Below, in pieces: positions 52,853 through 56,237 of a DNA stretch of 56,237 nt (the first letter of the stretch is position 1; each line of letters opens with the position of its first letter). A program made the translations under genes and the position numbers. The DNA comes from Bilabrum cf. latius (lineage: Eukaryota), in assembly GCA_965178125.1 (NCBI GenBank), contig OZ237737.1, forward strand, positions 1,674,001 to 1,730,237, in the 5' to 3' direction. The notes beneath the pieces are model-generated. The model did not search any database, had not been told where the DNA came from, and saw only the letters and a list, made by a program, of their open reading frames with translations.

Positions 52853-53115
52853 CTTGGCTGCAGTATTTGGTGCAATGTATGATCGAATCCAACTGTCCGT
52901 TGCACCAAATACGATTGTGACGAGTGCGAATGTCATGCGGTTGCGTTGTTCTGCTGGTCGGCAAGACAATGGGCGCCTGTCAAAAGCTACTTGTGTCTAC
53001 GCCATCCTATGCCACACATCAGGTCATCACATCCATGACAGCCGGGTTTGAGCCTAAGTCCCTTGAATAAAACTGATAGGTAGACAAGCACAATGCAACA
53101 TGCCGAATAGAAGCT

Positions 53116-53567
53116 CGCCCTGTCCGTCCACCCCGCATGCCACGCACTGCATCCCACACACCCATCCACCGCACGCCCTGTCCGTCCACCCCGCATGCCA
53201 CGCACTGCACCCCACACACCCATCCACCGCCCGCCCTGTCCGTCCACCCCGCATGCCACGCATGCCACGCACTGCACCCCACACACCCATCCACCGCCCG
53301 CCCTGTCCGTCCACCCCGCATGCCACGCACTGCACACCGCACACCCATCCACCGCACGCCCTGTCCGTCCACCCCGCATGCCACGCACTGCATCCCACAC
53401 ACCCATCCACCGCACGCCCTGTCCGTCCACCCCGCATGCCACGCACTGCACCCCACACACCCATCCACCGCCCGCCCTGTCCGTCCACCCCGCATGCATG
53501 CCACGCACTGCATCCCACACACCCATCCACCGCACGCCCTGTCCGTCCACCCCGCATGCCACGCACT
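53116..53567. repeat. Subtelomeric 58-bp minisatellite, ~7.5 copies
   Basis: cgccctgtccgtccaccccgcatgccacgcactgc... starts at 53116, 53174, 53232, 53299, 53357, 53415, 53473 and 53535. Confidence 0.95.
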
Positions 53568-54176
53568 TGAACCTAGACTACAGATCAGATTTGTTCCTTC
53601 AACCACACCCATTGGCTCATCTTCACGGCTGCTGCAAACTCCACTGGTTGGCAGTTACCAAAAAGAAAAATTCCTGCCCCCGGTCCCGCGGACCCACTGG
53701 GCTTCACCCCGAACGACTGGTTCTTCACCGGTCCACCAGAATGCGGTATTCATCTGACACTACGAATGTACACACCACTTTCCCCATGCACCCGACTGGC
53801 CTCGTCGCCACATGGCTTCCTGTTCCTGTTCCCCGCCCTAGGGACCGTGTGCTTTGCTCCCAGCATCGCCACCTTGGCCCTATCCTTTCAGCTTGCACGC
53901 GCCGGTCCTGGCCGACCTGCCGTGCGCCCCATCTGTCCACCCACCTGTTGGCCTTCTGCGTGCTGCTGGCCATGCAGTCCCCTGCCACCCGCGTCTCCCT
54001 CGTGCCTTGCACCTGGAGCCCCCATTCCTCCCGTTGTGTTCTCCCTGTTGACACCGCACTGTCGTCGCCTGTGCCGGTGTCCCCCTCTTCTTCTCCACCT
54101 CCTGTCCTCCCGCCTCGTCTTCCGTCTCACCTCTGCTCCCCGTTGCTTCAATCCTGATGTCCGAGTACATATAACA

Positions 54177-54244
54177 GCATCCCACACACCCATCCACCGC
54201 CCGCCCTGTCCGTCCACCCCGCATGCCACGCACTGCACACCGCA
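54177..54244. repeat. Single further copy of the 58-bp unit abutting the telomere array
   Basis: Same sequence as the 53116-53567 units, immediately followed by TTAGGG. Confidence 0.9.
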
Positions 54245-54266
54245 TTAGGGTTTTAGGTTAGGGTTA

Positions 54267-54297
<31 letters not shown>

Positions 54298-54834
54298 GGT
54301 TAGGGTTAGGGTTAAGGTTAGGGTTAGGGTTAGGGTTAGGGTTAGGGTTAGGGTTAGGGTTAGGGTTAGGGTTAGGGTTAGGGTTAGGGTTAGGGTTAGG
54401 GTTAGGGTTAGGGTTAGGGTTAGGGTTAGGGTTAGGGTTAGGGTTAGGGTTAGGGTTAGGGTTAGGGTTAGGGTTAGGGTTAGGGTTAGGGTTAGGGTTA
54501 GGGTTAGGGTTAGGGTTAGGGTTAGGGTTAGGGTTAGGGTTAGGGTTAGGGTTAGGGTTAGGGTTAGGGTTAGGGTTAGGGTTAGGGTTAGGGTTAGGGT
54601 TAGGGTTAGGGTTAGGGTTAGGGTTAGGGTTAGGGTTAGGGTTAGGGTTAGGGTTAGGGTTAGGGTTAGGGTTAGGGTTAGGGTTAGGGTTAGGGTTAGG
54701 GTTAGGGTTAGGGTTAGGGTTAGGGTTAGGGTTAGGGTTAGGGTTAGGGTTAGGGTTAGGGTTAGGGTTAGGGTTAGGGTTAGGGTTAGGGTTAGGGTTA
54801 GGGTTAGGGTTAGGGTTAGGGTTAGGGTTAGGGT
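54245..54834 (+). repeat. Proximal (TTAGGG)n telomeric array (~590 bp)
   Basis: Degenerate first units, then perfect TTAGGG. Confidence 0.98.
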
Positions 54835-54894
54835 ATCTATTATAAAGTCAGGGACAGGGTCGGGGAAAAAATATTTTCATCTTCAATTTTTGTC

Positions 54895-55739
54895 GAATTT
54901 TCGCGGATTGAGATCTCGGCAACTACAGGACATATGAAGACCGTTCAAACTGCATTGGGACGGCCTTGGGGCACAACATGGGCCAAATGTTCCCCAGGTT
55001 CCGTTTATGTCGCGCGGCGCCGATATGAGCCGATGAAGGATTTCATGCTGAATTTTCGCGGATTGAGATCTCGGCAACTACAGGACATATGAAGACCGTT
55101 CAAACTGCATTGGGACGGCCTTGGGGCACAACATGGGCCAAATGTTCCCCAGGTTCCGTTTATGTCGCGCGGCGCCGATATGAGCCGATGAAGGATTTCA
55201 TGCTGAATTTTCGCGGATTGAGATCTCGGCAACTACAGGACATATGAAGACCGTTCAAACTGCATTGGGACGGCCTTGGGGCACAACATGGGCCAAATGT
55301 TCCCCAGGTTCCGTTTATGTCGCGCGGCGCTGATACGAGCCGATGAAGGATTTCATGCTGAATTTTCGCGGATTGAGATCTCGGCAACTACAGGACATAT
55401 GAAGACCGTTCAAACTGCATTGGGACGGCCTTGGGGCACAACATGGGCCAAATGTTCCCCAGGTTCCGTTTATGTCGCGCGGCGCCGATATGAGCCGATG
55501 AAGGATTTCATGCTGAATTTTCGCGGATTGAGATCTCGGCAACTACAGGACATATGAAGACCGTTCAAACTGCATTGGGACGGCCTTGGGGCACAACATG
55601 GGCCAAATGTTCCCCAGGTTCCGTTTATGTCGCGCGGCGCCGATACGTGCCGATGAAGGATTTCATGCTGAATTTTCGCGGATTGAGATCTCGGCAACTA
55701 CAGGACATATGAAGACCGTTCAAACTGCATTGGGACGGC
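54895..55739. repeat. 155-bp tandem satellite, ~5.4 copies, embedded between telomere arrays
   Basis: gaattttcgcggattgagatctcgg... starts at 54895, 55050, 55205, 55360, 55515 and 55670; units nearly identical. Confidence 0.97.
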
Positions 55740-55740
55740 T

Positions 55741-56237
55741 TTAGGGTTAGGGTTAGGGTTAGGGGGTTTGGGTTAGGGTTAGGGTTAGGGTTAGGGTTAG
55801 GGTTAGGGTTAGGGTTAGGGTTAGGGTTAGGGTTAGGGTTAGGGTTAGGGTTAGGGTTAGGGTTAGGGTTAGGGTTAGGGTTAGGGTTAGGGTTAGGGTT
55901 AGGGTTAGGGTTAGGGTTAGGGTTAGGGTTAGGGTTAGGGTTAGGGTTAGGGTTAGGGTTAGGGTTAGGGTTAGGGTTAGGGTTAGGGTTAGGGTTAGGG
56001 TTAGGGTTAGGGTTAGGGTTAGGGTTAGGGTTAGGGTTAGGGTTAGGGTTAGGGTTAGGGTTAGGGTTAGGGTTAGGGTTAGGGTTAGGGTTAGGGTTAG
56101 GGTTAGGGTTAGGGTTAGGGTTAGGGTTAGGGTTAGGGTTAGGGTTAGGGTTAGGGTTAGGGTTAGGAGTTAGGTTAGGGTTAGGTTTGGGCTTAGGGTT
56201 AGGGATTTGGGTTAGGGTATAGGTTAGGGTTAGTATG
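55741..56237 (+). repeat. Terminal (TTAGGG)n telomere
   Basis: TTAGGG repeats to the end of the window, degenerate in the last ~80 bp. Confidence 0.98.

Noticed and set aside
52987-53757. Cys/Trp/His-rich ORFs over the 58-bp repeat
   Set aside because: Artefacts of a stop-poor minisatellite whose period is not divisible by 3.
54895-55739. CRISPR array or coding repeats (MPRSQSAK ORFs)
   Set aside because: Whole 155-bp units repeat with no unique spacers, the period is not a multiple of 3, and the context is a eukaryotic telomere.

Overview
This is the right-hand end of a compact, GC-rich eukaryotic chromosome: TTAGGG telomere, short GT-AG introns, and ciliary/centriolar genes implying a flagellated protist (possibly a stramenopile, inferred only). 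The main result is a variant nuclear genetic code. About 19 protein genes become continuous only if TAG is read as a sense codon, most likely Gln. By hand count there are more than 80 in-frame TAGs and no in-frame TAA/TGA, and the gene models end in TGA (14) or TAA (5). Recognisable genes: KRI1, GlcNAc-6-P deacetylase, CEP97-like, an MSH2 apparently lacking domain I, DTD beside a YbaK/ProX deacylase, a stand-alone NPC1 N-terminal-domain protein, TMEM138, a BNR/sialidase-like protein, PH, WW and SAP proteins, atlastin, an RSP2/Dpy-30-like protein, and a Nup54-like protein with WG instead of FG repeats. Also present: a three-copy 2-2.5 kb tandem duplication carrying tRNA-Thr(AGT) genes, a (CAG)53 tract, a 66-bp coding minisatellite, a 58-bp subtelomeric repeat, and a ~0.9 kb 155-bp-period satellite with a Helitron-like start embedded in the telomere array. 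All gene models were built by hand and homologue motifs are recalled from memory; no searches were run. In the protein strings below, * marks an in-frame TAG.
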